DNA from: an uncultured Clostridia bacterium
GTDB lineage: Bacteria; Bacillota; Clostridia; TANB77; CAG-508
Assembly: GCA_944392385.1 (NCBI GenBank)
Contig: CALXWL010000002.1
Span: forward strand, 896 to 64,895
Direction: 5' to 3'
DNA: 64,000 nt
A program made the position numbers and the translations under genes. A model generated the notes under the pieces. That model did no database searches and was not told where the DNA came from. It was given only the letters and a program-made list of their open reading frames with translations. Positions 32,118-43,000 of this stretch are shown here, in pieces; positions within the stretch are counted from its first letter, which is position 1, and each line of letters starts with the position of its first letter.

Positions 32118-32332
32118 ATATATATACCTCCATATTTTAATTAATATAGAGTATATCATATTCTTTATAAAATTTGGTATAAAAAGATATAAAATTCTTG
32201 AATAAAAATCATAGAACAAAACAACTTTTTATATATTATATAACGTTTTTATTTTGTGTCAATACTTTCATTTAATTTTTTTGTTTTTGCTAAAATAAAA
32301 CCGCTATATCCTTTGATATAACGGTTTTTGCT

Positions 32333-32409
<77 letters not shown>

Positions 32410-32552
32410 ATTTCGGACATATAAAATAATACCATATTTTTATAAAATAGTCAATATTTTTCTTGAAATTAGTTGAATTTTTTCGTTTTCTTTGGTATAC
32501 TAATATTTGCATTATTAATTTTTATTTTATGAGAAAGGATTGATGATTTTTT

Positions 32553-33614
32553 ATGGGAAAACATAATAGAACTAAAGAAGATGATAAATATAAAAACGTT
32601 AAAACTGCAAAAAAATCTAAAAAAGGTAATAAAAAGAAGAAAAAACATATTGTATTAATAATATTTTTAATTTTACTTGTAGCTTTAGGAATTTTTATTG
32701 CAAAACGACTTTATGATGCACAAGGTAATGTTCTTGGAGCTATACTTGGTCATGATGCAGAAACTTTGCAAAATTTGGATAAATTGCAGGTATTAATTTT
32801 AGGTGAAAGTACTGGTATGTCTGATACAATTATAGTTGCTTCATATGATCCTAAAACTCAAAAAGCTTCTTTACTATCAATTCCAAGAGATACTTTTACT
32901 GGAACGAATAAGTCTTCTGCTAAGTATTACCATAAAATAAATGCTCTTTATAATTATGGTGAAACACCTGAAAAGACAGTTGAAGCTGTAAATGAAATTA
33001 CTGGTTTAAATATTCAATATTATATACTTGTTGATACCGAAGCATTAATTAAATTAGTTGATACTATTGGCGGTTTGGAATTTGATGTTCCTATTGATAT
33101 GAATTACGATGATAGTACACAAGATTTACATATTCATTTATCTGCAGGATATCAAAAACTAAATGGTAAGCAAGTTGAAGGATTAGTAAGATTTAGACAT
33201 AATAATGATTGGACTTCATATTCTCCTAACTATGGTATAGAAGATCATGGACGTTCAAGAACTCAACGTAATGTAGTTATTGCTCTTGCTAATCAAACAC
33301 TTAAGTTTAAAAATATTACAGAAATTTCAAATATAATTGATATTTTGAAGGAATATGTTGATACTAATTTAGATTTAAATGCAATAAAGGATTACTTACC
33401 TTACGCTACTCAAATGAATATGGATAATGTTAAAGTAGGTATGCTTCCTGGTTATGATGATATAGTTAATGGTATTTGGTTCTTCTTCTATGATGAAGAG
33501 GAAACAAAAGCTCTTGTTGATGAGTTATTTAATGATGTAGCTCCAGATAGTGAGGAATCACAAGAAGTAGATGATGAAAATACATTAGCTGAAAACGTAG
33601 CAAATGAAACTTAA
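32553..33614 (+). CDS. LytR-CpsA-Psr (LCP) family protein
   Basis: SDTII, LLSIPRDT, KINA.Y, VRFRH, D.GR.RTQ. Confidence 0.92.
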   Translation: MGKHNRTKEDDKYKNVKTAKKSKKGNKKKKKHIVLIIFLILLVALGIFIAKRLYDAQGNVLGAILGHDAETLQNLDKLQVLILGESTGMSDTIIVASYDPKTQKASLLSIPRDTFTGTNKSSAKYYHKINALYNYGETPEKTVEAVNEITGLNIQYYILVDTEALIKLVDTIGGLEFDVPIDMNYDDSTQDLHIHLSAGYQKLNGKQVEGLVRFRHNNDWTSYSPNYGIEDHGRSRTQRNVVIALANQTLKFKNITEISNIIDILKEYVDTNLDLNAIKDYLPYATQMNMDNVKVGMLPGYDDIVNGIWFFFYDEEETKALVDELFNDVAPDSEESQEVDDENTLAENVANET

Positions 33615-33649
33615 AATTGGCAGGTAAAACCTGCCAATAATTAAATTAT

Positions 33650-34894
33650 TTATTTATTTTTAGTTATATTTCTTATTTTCTTTAATGTCTTTGTTCTTTT
33701 ATATATTCCTATTGTTCTTAATGTTCCAAAGATTATGACTAATCCTATAAATATAAATATGAATGTTATTCCTACTTTACTTTTTTCTACTTTATTTTCT
33801 GCAATTAAATTTGCTGTATATGTTTTTCCTTCTATTTCATATGATACTGTCCCAATTACTTCTCCTGCTTCTATTGGTGCTTTTAGTTTATCATTTATTT
33901 GTATTTGTGGTTCTATAGTGTTTTCTTCATTTTCTACATTTACTACTGCAATTACATCATTTTCTAATATTACATTTAACTTTTTAGTATCTTTGCTTGC
34001 ATTTTTTATATTTATTGTTTGTATGTTTGTACCTGCCTTTGCAATTGTTTTAATTGTATTATTTTCATAAGCATATTCTAATATTTTCTTACTATCTTCA
34101 TATCGGCTATCTGATGTCGTAGATTTCATTACTACTGAAACTAGTGGTATATCATTTTTCACACTATATATCATAACACAATATCCCGCAGGAGTAGTAA
34201 AACCTGTTTTAATTCCACTAGCATATCTATAATAGTTTTTACTTCCACTTAAAATCATTTCATTTGTAGTTTGGTATAGTCTATCTGTTTTTTCATACAC
34301 GTTTGTTGCTCCTAGTTCATAATATATATTTCCTGTTATTTCTTTTATCTCATCATACTGCATAGCATACTTTCCTATTAAAGCCATATCATGTGCTGTT
34401 GAATATTGATTTTCATCATGCGTGCCATTACAATTAACAAAATTACTGTTGGTACAACCTATTTCTTTAGCTTTCTTATTCATCATTTCTACAAATTCTT
34501 CTGTAGTTCCTCCAACATGTTCTGCTAAAGCATTTGCCACATCATTATATGATGATATTAGTAATAGGTTTAGTAACTGCTCTACCGTAAGTATTTCACC
34601 TGATTGTATATTTGCGGTTAGATATCCTGATTGAACATTATCTATTGCACTTTGACTAATTGTTACCGTATCTTGCATATTACAATTTTCAACAACTAAA
34701 ATTGCTGTTAGCACATTTGTTAAACTTGCTGGATATAACTTTTCATCCATATTTTTACTATATAATATTTTTCCATCTATGCAATCAATAACTGCTGCTG
34801 AGGTAGCTGTTATTTCTGGCTCTTTAGCATTTACTGTTGGTATGAATATTATGCTAAATAGTATAAATGAAATTAATATATTTCTAACTTTCAT
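33650..34894 (-). CDS. D-alanyl-D-alanine carboxypeptidase (peptidase S11) with atypical SxxN
   Basis: YPASLTN, SYND, F.N..G, STAHDMA, GIKTGFT..AG; C-terminal TM. Confidence 0.88.
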   Translation of the reverse strand: MKVRNILISFILFSIIFIPTVNAKEPEITATSAAVIDCIDGKILYSKNMDEKLYPASLTNVLTAILVVENCNMQDTVTISQSAIDNVQSGYLTANIQSGEILTVEQLLNLLLISSYNDVANALAEHVGGTTEEFVEMMNKKAKEIGCTNSNFVNCNGTHDENQYSTAHDMALIGKYAMQYDEIKEITGNIYYELGATNVYEKTDRLYQTTNEMILSGSKNYYRYASGIKTGFTTPAGYCVMIYSVKNDIPLVSVVMKSTTSDSRYEDSKKILEYAYENNTIKTIAKAGTNIQTINIKNASKDTKKLNVILENDVIAVVNVENEENTIEPQIQINDKLKAPIEAGEVIGTVSYEIEGKTYTANLIAENKVEKSKVGITFIFIFIGLVIIFGTLRTIGIYKRTKTLKKIRNITKNK

Positions 34895-34978
34895 ATTTCT
34901 AACATCCCCTTTTTAGCTGCATTTCTCTAATTATGATAATATATTTTCTTTAAAAAAACAATATTTTAGGAGGTTTTT

Positions 34979-35590
34979 ATGAAAAATTTTGACAAAAAAT
35001 TACTAATTATTTTCATTTCTATTTTAATTATTATTTGTGTTTCTATTTACTTTTTTACAAAAGATGAAGATACAAATATTCTTCTTTCCAATGAACTTTA
35101 TACTGTAGATAATACTGATAATACTAATGAAGATTTAGAAACTATAATGGTACATATTGATGGAGAAGTTGTTACACCTGGTATAATTTCTCTTAAAGCA
35201 GGTTCTCGCATTGCAGATGCTATTCAAGCTTGTGGCGGAACTACTGATATTTCAGATATTTCTAAAATTAATTTAGCATATGAATTAAAAGATGGACAAA
35301 AAGTATATATTCCAAGTATTTACGATGTTGAAGATGTTGAATATATACAAAATGATGCTGGTAATAATGTTATAATTCCAGATACTTCATCAAGCAGTGC
35401 TCTTGTTAATATCAATTCAGCAACTCAAGCTGAATTAGAAACTTTACCTGGAATTGGTCCTTCAACTGCTGCTAAAATTATTGATTATAGAAACAAAAAT
35501 GGTGATTTTAAAAACATTGAAGATATTATGAATGTAAGTGGAATTGGAGAATCAAAATTTAATAATATAAAGGACTATATTTGTATTTAA
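34979..35590 (+). CDS. comEA: Competence DNA-binding protein ComEA
   Basis: VHIDGEV..PG, INLA..LKDGQK, VNINSAT..ELETLPGIGPSTA..II.YR. Confidence 0.92.
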   Translation: MKNFDKKLLIIFISILIIICVSIYFFTKDEDTNILLSNELYTVDNTDNTNEDLETIMVHIDGEVVTPGIISLKAGSRIADAIQACGGTTDISDISKINLAYELKDGQKVYIPSIYDVEDVEYIQNDAGNNVIIPDTSSSSALVNINSATQAELETLPGIGPSTAAKIIDYRNKNGDFKNIEDIMNVSGIGESKFNNIKDYICI

Positions 35591-35596
35591 AATCAA

Positions 35597-35624
35597 GCAT
35601 ATTTTTTCCTCTTCTGGAAATAAT
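35597..35624 (+). promoter_or_regulatory. Putative SigF-type promoter of sigG
   Basis: GCATA...GGAAATAAT resembles the B. subtilis SigF consensus. Confidence 0.45.
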
Positions 35625-35658
35625 GATTATATATATTATTCTTAAGGAGGTTTTTTGT

Positions 35659-36432
35659 TTGATAAACAAGGTAGAAATATGTGGTGTTAACACTGCTAAA
35701 TTACCTGTTCTAACAAATCAAGAAAAAAATGAGTTACTAGTTCAAATAAAAAATGGAGATAATAATGCCAGAGAAAAATTTATAAATGGTAATTTAAGAC
35801 TAGTTCTAAGTGTTATTCAGCGTTTTAATGGGCGTGGTGAAAATATAGATGATTTATTTCAAGTTGGTTGTGTTGGCTTAATTAAAGCCATTGATAATTT
35901 TGATATATCCCTTAATGTACAATTTTCAACATATGCAGTTCCAATGATTATAGGTGAAATAAGAAGACATTTAAGAGACAATAATCCAATTAGAGTAAGT
36001 AGATCAATGAGAGATTTAGCTTACAAGGCTCTTCAAGCTAAAGAAAAACTATTAAAAGAAAATCAGAAAGAGCCAACTGTTGAAGAAATTGCAAAAGAAC
36101 TAGGCATGGAAAAAGAAGAAATTGTTATTAGTTTGGATTCTATACAAGACCCTATTTCTCTTCAAGAGCCTGTATATAATGAAGGCTCTGAAAGTATTTA
36201 TATTATGGATCAAGTAAAAGATTCTAAAAATACAGATGAACTTTGGGCAGAAAATTTAACAATTGCAGAAGCTATGAAAAAGCTAAATAGCAGAGAAAAA
36301 TCAATTATTTCAAAACGATTTTTTGATGGTAGAACTCAAATGGAGGTAGCCGAAGAAATTGGTATCTCACAAGCTCAAGTATCAAGGCTAGAAAAAAATG
36401 CAATTGAAAGAATAAAAAAATTATACAAATAG
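35659..36432 (+). CDS. sigG: Sporulation sigma factor SigG
   Basis: NKVEICGVNTAKLPVL, GNLRLVLSVIQRF, DDLFQVGC.GL, RDNNPIRVSRS; TTG start after AAGGAGG. Confidence 0.95.
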   Translation: MINKVEICGVNTAKLPVLTNQEKNELLVQIKNGDNNAREKFINGNLRLVLSVIQRFNGRGENIDDLFQVGCVGLIKAIDNFDISLNVQFSTYAVPMIIGEIRRHLRDNNPIRVSRSMRDLAYKALQAKEKLLKENQKEPTVEEIAKELGMEKEEIVISLDSIQDPISLQEPVYNEGSESIYIMDQVKDSKNTDELWAENLTIAEAMKKLNSREKSIISKRFFDGRTQMEVAEEIGISQAQVSRLEKNAIERIKKLYK

Positions 36433-36556
36433 TTTCTTAATTGTATAAGGAAAAATCTTATATATGTTCAAGATAAAAGTCGATTTTTTTTAATACAATA
36501 AAAATAGGGGTTAAACGTAGCTAATCCCTATTTTTTCATTTTATCTAATTATAATG

Positions 36557-37582
36557 TTATATAGTTTTTTCTTCCTTTTCTTCTTTATTTTTATAATCTA
36601 ATATTTTTTGAATAAGCTCAGCCTTTTTTTGAGGCGTGCTAAAGCTTGCTCTTGATGCATTTATATTCATTTGCATTAAATCAATATATTGTAAGTCTGT
36701 ATTTTCCATAACCCAATTATATTCTTTATTAATATTAGTATTTGAAACTGTATTATTATCTGGATTTATTGTTGTTAATATTCTGTTTCTATATAAAGTT
36801 TCCAATGGATGTTTTCCTTCTACTGCTTGTGTTTGAATATTACTTATTGGGCATATTTCTAAAACTATTCCATCTATTCTAATTTTTTGCATTAATTCCT
36901 TGCTTTCTACACATCTTATTCCATGTCCTATTCTTTTTGCTCCAAAATCAATTGCTTTTTTTATACTATCTGCCCCTGCTGCTTCTCCTGCATGTATTGT
37001 GAAAGGTATATTATTTCCTTTAGCAATTTTAAATATATCTTCAAAGTTTTCTGTATTAAACAAGGCTTCTGCCCCCGCTAGGTCTAATCCACATACTCCT
37101 TTATTTAAGTATTTTTTTGCTACCTTTACTGTTTCTAGATTTTGTGATTTATTATCTTTTCCTCTCATACAACTTAAGATAAGGTTTCCATCTATATTAA
37201 AGTCCTTTTTAGCATTTTCCATTCCTTGAATAGCAGCTTCTACAACTTCATCATATGATAATCCTTTATTTAAGTGCTTACTTGGAGCAAATCTTACTTC
37301 TGCATACATAACATTTTGTTTTGCTAAATCCTCATATAATTCATATGTTGCTGTTTCTATTCTTTCTGATGTTTGTAAAACCTTTTCAGGAATACTAAAT
37401 TTTGTTAAATATTCATTCAAATTTTTACAATCTTTGCTTACCATAAGCTCTTTTTTTACTTCTTCTAAGCTTAAATCTTTTCCTTCTTCCTTTAACCAAT
37501 TTCTTACTGTTTCTGGTCTTAATGAACCATCTAAGTGTAAATGTAAAATTACTTTTGGCATTTCATAAATTTTTTCATCCAT
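36557..37582 (-). CDS. add: Adenosine deaminase
   Basis: PKV.LHLHLDGS, YAEVRFAP, DLAGAE, TIHAGE, RIGHG, EICP.SN, PDN. Confidence 0.92.
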   Translation of the reverse strand: MDEKIYEMPKVILHLHLDGSLRPETVRNWLKEEGKDLSLEEVKKELMVSKDCKNLNEYLTKFSIPEKVLQTSERIETATYELYEDLAKQNVMYAEVRFAPSKHLNKGLSYDEVVEAAIQGMENAKKDFNIDGNLILSCMRGKDNKSQNLETVKVAKKYLNKGVCGLDLAGAEALFNTENFEDIFKIAKGNNIPFTIHAGEAAGADSIKKAIDFGAKRIGHGIRCVESKELMQKIRIDGIVLEICPISNIQTQAVEGKHPLETLYRNRILTTINPDNNTVSNTNINKEYNWVMENTDLQYIDLMQMNINASRASFSTPQKKAELIQKILDYKNKEEKEEKTI

Positions 37583-37603
37583 CTAAACATCCCTTCCTAC
37601 AAT

Positions 37604-38507
37604 TTATTTTTTCTGCTCGCTTCTAGGGTTAAAAGTAGATATGTCCTGTAACTGTCTAAAGAGTTTTTCCTCTTGTTTAGTTAACTTTTTTGGCACTACA
37701 GTTTGTATTTTGGCTATCAAATTTCCTCTTCCACCTTGGCCATCTTTATACCCTTTATTAGGTATTACTATTTGTTCTCCACTTTGTGTTCCTGCTGGAA
37801 TATTTAATGTGAAGTTTTCTTCTATTGAATCTATATTAATGTTTTTACCTAAAGCAGCTTCCCAAGGTGAAATATAAACATTTGTAAGAATATCTGAGCC
37901 TTGTAATTTAAACTTTTTATTATTTTCTATGTTTATTTTTATAAATAAATCACCATTTTTTCCACCATTTATACCTTGCTTGCCTTGGCCTAATAATCTT
38001 ATTTTTTCACCATTTCTAATACCTTCTGGTACTTTTACTGCAAAAGTTTTCATTTGTCCTTTAACTGTTCTTAAAGAAATTTTCTTTTCTAATCCGTAAT
38101 ATGCATCTTCTAGTTTTACATTAATTTCTGTTTCTATATTTTCACCTTTTATTGGAATATGCTTATCTTCTTTTGGTATGCTTTTCTCTGTTTCTCCAAA
38201 AAACATATTAAAAAATTCGCTAAAGCTAGAACCTTTTTCTCTTTTACTTTCTTCATATTTTTCCTTTTGTTTTTTTCTTCCAACTTTAGAATTCCACATT
38301 CTATCATATTTTCTTTTACTGCTACTATTTGATAAAACTCTATATGCTTCATTTATGTCTTTAAAAATTTCTTCTGATTGTGAACTTTGTTTATTGATAT
38401 CTGGATGGTATTTTTTTGCTTGTTCTCTAAAAGCTATTTTTATTTGTTCACCGAGTTACTTTATTTGTATCTAAATTTAATATTTTATAATAATCTTTAA
38501 AAATCAT
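37604..38507 (-). CDS. DnaJ-family (CbpA-like) protein, 300 aa after a +1 shift at CGG 38453
   Basis: MIFKDYYKILNL + KKYHPD J domain + DnaJ C-terminal domain; AAGGAG RBS before ATG 38507. Confidence 0.9.
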
Positions 38508-38604
38508 TGTTTTCTCCTTAGATAAAAGTTATGTTTACCTTTTAAATTATAACATATTATACTTAAGTTTTCCATATTTTTCATCATTTTTTTGATAATT
38601 GTTG

Positions 38605-38783
38605 TTGCCATTCAGAGTTAGTACCCTAAAGCCCGCTTAGGTCTCGTCGGAGATTTTATATTTAGCCATAAATTGAGCCCACGTCCGATACGCCTGCGAA
38701 GTTTTTCGGGGGTCCTCAATTTATTCTAAATATAAAACTCCTGCGTTGGGCTACAAAGTGCTATTATTTAGTCTGAATGGTAA
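38605..38783. repeat. Structured intergenic repeat, family 1 copy A
   Basis: Inverted homolog of 53182-53357; long hairpin; terminal IR CCATTCAGA/TCTGAATGG. Confidence 0.85.
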
Positions 38784-38957
38784 CTAATTGTTAATTTGAT
38801 TTAATAACTATTTGTTTTACCTTTTGTTAAATATTTATCTTTATGTTATTGTGTATCCTTAGAAACATCTACTTTTTTTCACTTTTTTCGTCTTTTTTCT
38901 TGTTTTTTTTTTATTTTATTATATAATGTAGTAAGTACGTTTTGTGGAGGTATTATT

Positions 38958-40007
38958 ATGCGTAAAAATTTGAACACACATATTAAGTCACAGTACAAAA
39001 TTATAGCAGTTGACGATGAAATAGGTATTTTAGATTCGTTAAATGTATTTTTATCTAAAGCTGGTTATAATTTTGTTGGAGTAACTAATCCCTTAGAAGC
39101 AATTGAAAAAGTGAAAAATGAACATTTTGATTTAATGCTTTTGGATTTCTTAATGACTCCAATTCATGGTGACCAAGTTGTAGAAGAGATTAGAAAATTT
39201 AATAAGGATTTATATATTTTACTTCTTACTGGTCATAAAGACTTAGCACCACCATTAGAAACCATTAAGAGATTAGAAATTCAAGGATATTGCGAAAAGA
39301 GTGATAAATTTGATCAATTATTATTGCTAATTGAATCTGGCGTAAAAGCTGTTTCACAAATGCAATTAATAAAAAATATAAATAATGAGTTAAAATCTAC
39401 ATATGATAAGTTAGAATCAGCTTATATGGAAACAATTGAAATATTACGTTTTACTGTTGAAGCTAAAGATTCCTATACAAAAGGTCATTCAGATAGGGTT
39501 GCTGAATACTCTGAGTTAATTGGTAAAGCATTATCCCTTTCAGAGCAGGATTTAAAAACTCTAAGAATTGGTGGTTTATTCCACGATATAGGTAAAATTG
39601 GTATCCCTGATAGTATTTTGCTTAAAACTACAAAACTTGATGATGATGAATACTCTGAAATTAAGAACCATCCTGCAATAGGTGCACATATTCTTTCTAA
39701 TGCTACTATTTTTCAAGATATAATCCCTATTGTAAAACATCATCATGAACGTTTTGATGGAAAAGGATATCCTTCACAGCTTCAAGGGGAAAATATCCCA
39801 TACCTTGCAAGAATCACAGCAGTTGCCGATGCCTTTGACGCCATGACTTCTAGACGTTCGTATAGAGATTCTTTACCTTTAGATGTTGTTATACAAGAAT
39901 TTCAAAAAAATAGTGGCACACAGTTTGATCCAGAAATTGCAAAGGCGTTTTTAGAAATATTAAAAACCCAACCAGAAGAGATTTTGAAAATAATGAATGG
40001 TAAATAA
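38958..40007 (+). CDS. Response regulator with HD-GYP phosphodiesterase domain
   Basis: AVDDE, LLD..M receiver; YT.GHS.RV, HDIGKIG, HHERFDG.GYP. Confidence 0.93.
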   Translation: MRKNLNTHIKSQYKIIAVDDEIGILDSLNVFLSKAGYNFVGVTNPLEAIEKVKNEHFDLMLLDFLMTPIHGDQVVEEIRKFNKDLYILLLTGHKDLAPPLETIKRLEIQGYCEKSDKFDQLLLLIESGVKAVSQMQLIKNINNELKSTYDKLESAYMETIEILRFTVEAKDSYTKGHSDRVAEYSELIGKALSLSEQDLKTLRIGGLFHDIGKIGIPDSILLKTTKLDDDEYSEIKNHPAIGAHILSNATIFQDIIPIVKHHHERFDGKGYPSQLQGENIPYLARITAVADAFDAMTSRRSYRDSLPLDVVIQEFQKNSGTQFDPEIAKAFLEILKTQPEEILKIMNGK

Positions 40008-40057
40008 TTAAATAAAAAAAAGCAGGAACAATTCTAAAAATTGTTCCTACTTTTATT

Positions 40058-43000
40058 TTATTTAATTACGAATTTTTTAATTAGTACTATACCAATTACT
40101 ATTACTGCTAGGCCTGTTGTTATTGATATTATTAGTATTACTGGTGTTTGTTTATCTTCTCCACCTGTATCTAGTGTGATTTCTACTGTTTCTGCTATGA
40201 ATTCGTCTGCTTCTGGTGTGATGTCTATAATTGGTACTGCTTCTTCTGTTGCATATGATTGTACTGTTGGTAAGTTTCCTAGTGTAGAATTTTTATTTGA
40301 TATTCCTGTATTTCTATTTAATGTTCCTGTATCACTTGTTTTTACTCCTGTTGTAGGGTAAATTAGTTGTGATGCATAACTTCTATAAGCTATTTCTTTT
40401 ACACCTGATATTGAATCTATACTATCATCATATAATGTTAATGTTACTTTATCTCCATTTGCATATGTAGATTCATTTGCATATAGTTCCATGATTTCTC
40501 TTGATTGTAATATTGTAACTTCTTCTTTTTCGTCATCTGTTGGAGTAGCTTCGCTTGCATTTCTTGTTGGATATGTCCATATGTACTTGTCGCCATTTCC
40601 TGCTATTGCAAAGCTATTTGCTGCTTGTAAATTTAGTCCATTTTCTATACTCATGTAGTCTTCTACTTGGAATGGTATTTCTGATGGTTCTTCTCCTGCT
40701 TGACTTCCTCCATTTACGTTGTAATATCTTATTCCTAAGTAGTCTCCTGGTATATAGCCTGGTTCTGAGGTTTTTCGTTTAACTTCCTTTGCTATGTCAT
40801 CATATGTACTTCCAGAGTTTAGTCCGCTTACTAATCTAGGTCCTAAGTAGTCTGCATCACCTAAGTTTTCTATTCGATAGCCATATGTTATTCTTATGCT
40901 TCCTCCTGCAAGTTTTGCAGGATCCATTTGTACTATCCAGCTACCTCTATTATTTAGAATTTTATGTGTTGCAATTGGTACAACTCCTTCACCATTATTA
41001 GCTATTAAGTTTACCATTAATCCGTTATATATTGCCCTATCATAGTTATCAAAATTTGTTATGGCTTCTACATCTTGTTCTGCATCTATTGTTAATGATG
41101 TTATATGTTTTTCTAATACTAGATCTGCTCTTGGTCTTTCTATTAAACCAAAGTTTGCATTTTTCCTTATGTAGTCTGTACTATCTCCTTCATCTTTATT
41201 GTCTGATATTTCGAACCATATTAATGATGTCTCTGCACACATCCATGTATTCTCTAATTTAGTTTTATCAGTTTTATCGTCAATTATTAGTTGTAATTCA
41301 CCTTTTTCGGTTTCTGATATGCTTCTTGCATGTGCTATTTCTTCTAGTCTTCTTGCTTCGTTATCTCTTGCCATTGAGGCATTGTCTGGATATGAACTAT
41401 TTTCAAATTCAGTTTCTGTGTAGTACATGTCTACTGTTGATTTATAGTCTTGCCCATTGTAGTCTAGAACGTTTTGTGGATCCTTATATTTTAGAGCGGT
41501 GTCCGGTCTGTCATCCCAGTATTCATCGTCTCCATATACAAATCTTACTATATAGTTTCCTGGTATAAATCCTCTGAATGTATATTCTCCTTCATTATTT
41601 GTAACCTCATATTCATCATATGTGCCATCACTTTCTAGACATCTTACTATATTAGAACCTGATACTGTTTCTTGCCAGATGTATTCTAATCTTAATGTTG
41701 TGTTGTCTACTGTAACATCTTTTATTTCAATTAATTGTACTATTACATCATTTACCATAGGTTCATTGCTATCATGCATGCCATTTCCTATATTGTTTCC
41801 ACCTGCAACATCTGATTCTTTGTAGTCTTCAAATACATATCCACTTATTTCTCTTTCTTGGTCGTTTAATTTTACATCTAATGTTGCTGCATCATCTGAA
41901 TCATCTTCAAGAGGATGAGCACTTATGTTTCCTGGTGCTGAATCAGTATCAATTAATCCTTCTGGTGTATAGTACTCTGTTATTTCTACCCAGTTTTTCC
42001 TTTCGCCTAAATATAGAGCACCATTTAAGTCATTAATTGTAAATCTTAGATATACAACTGTTTGATTATCTGCATCATCAAAGTCTGCTACATTACTTGT
42101 ATCTATTGTAACTTTAGCATAGTTTGTACCATTTATACTTTGTGTTCCATCAGGATAATCATATAAAGTAGTTTTGTTTCCATTTCTATTATAATAATAT
42201 ACTTCTCTTAATGTATAGTGTGTATCGTAATAGTATGCTATCTGATTTATTGTTGCCTCTGCTGCACTTTGGTTATTTAATAATACTTGGTATATTACTT
42301 CTACCTGTAGTGCTCCATCACTATCTCTTTGTGCTTTTAAAGCACTTGATCTTGATGCCCCATCTTCATAATTTACTGTTAAACTATCTGTCTGTGCTGC
42401 CCCTAGTTTATAATCTCCTATTCTATAATTATAGTCTGAATTATATAAGTATAAATTATATGTTACATCTGTTCCTTGCAATTCATCTATTATAGGATTT
42501 CCATTGCTATCTTTAGGTAGACTTGCAATATCGTTATAGTTGTATGTTACTTTTTCACCATTTATGCTTACTGTTGCTTCATATACATCTGTTACTGTTG
42601 CTAAATCTACACCTCTTCTTACTAAACCATATTCGAAGTAATTACTATTTTCTACTTCAAACCAATCAGTTGTAGCTGTTATTGCATATCTTGAATTTAA
42701 TCTACTTCCTCCTGCTACATAATCACCTCTAGTATACCCTACATCTAAAATTGATTGTCCATTGCTATACTTATAGCTTAGTCCTTTGTTATTATTTATT
42801 GTTCGAAAATTTGCATTAAATCCGCCTCTATTTACTTCGCTTACTTCTGAATTTCCAGTAGTTGCTTCATAGTTTATACCATCATATTCAAATTCTACTC
42901 TGTATCTTACTGCAACAGTTTGAGTGTGTGAACAATTAATTTTCTTTTTTTTATAATATGTATGTATTATTTCTCCATTATAATATCCACAACTATAATT

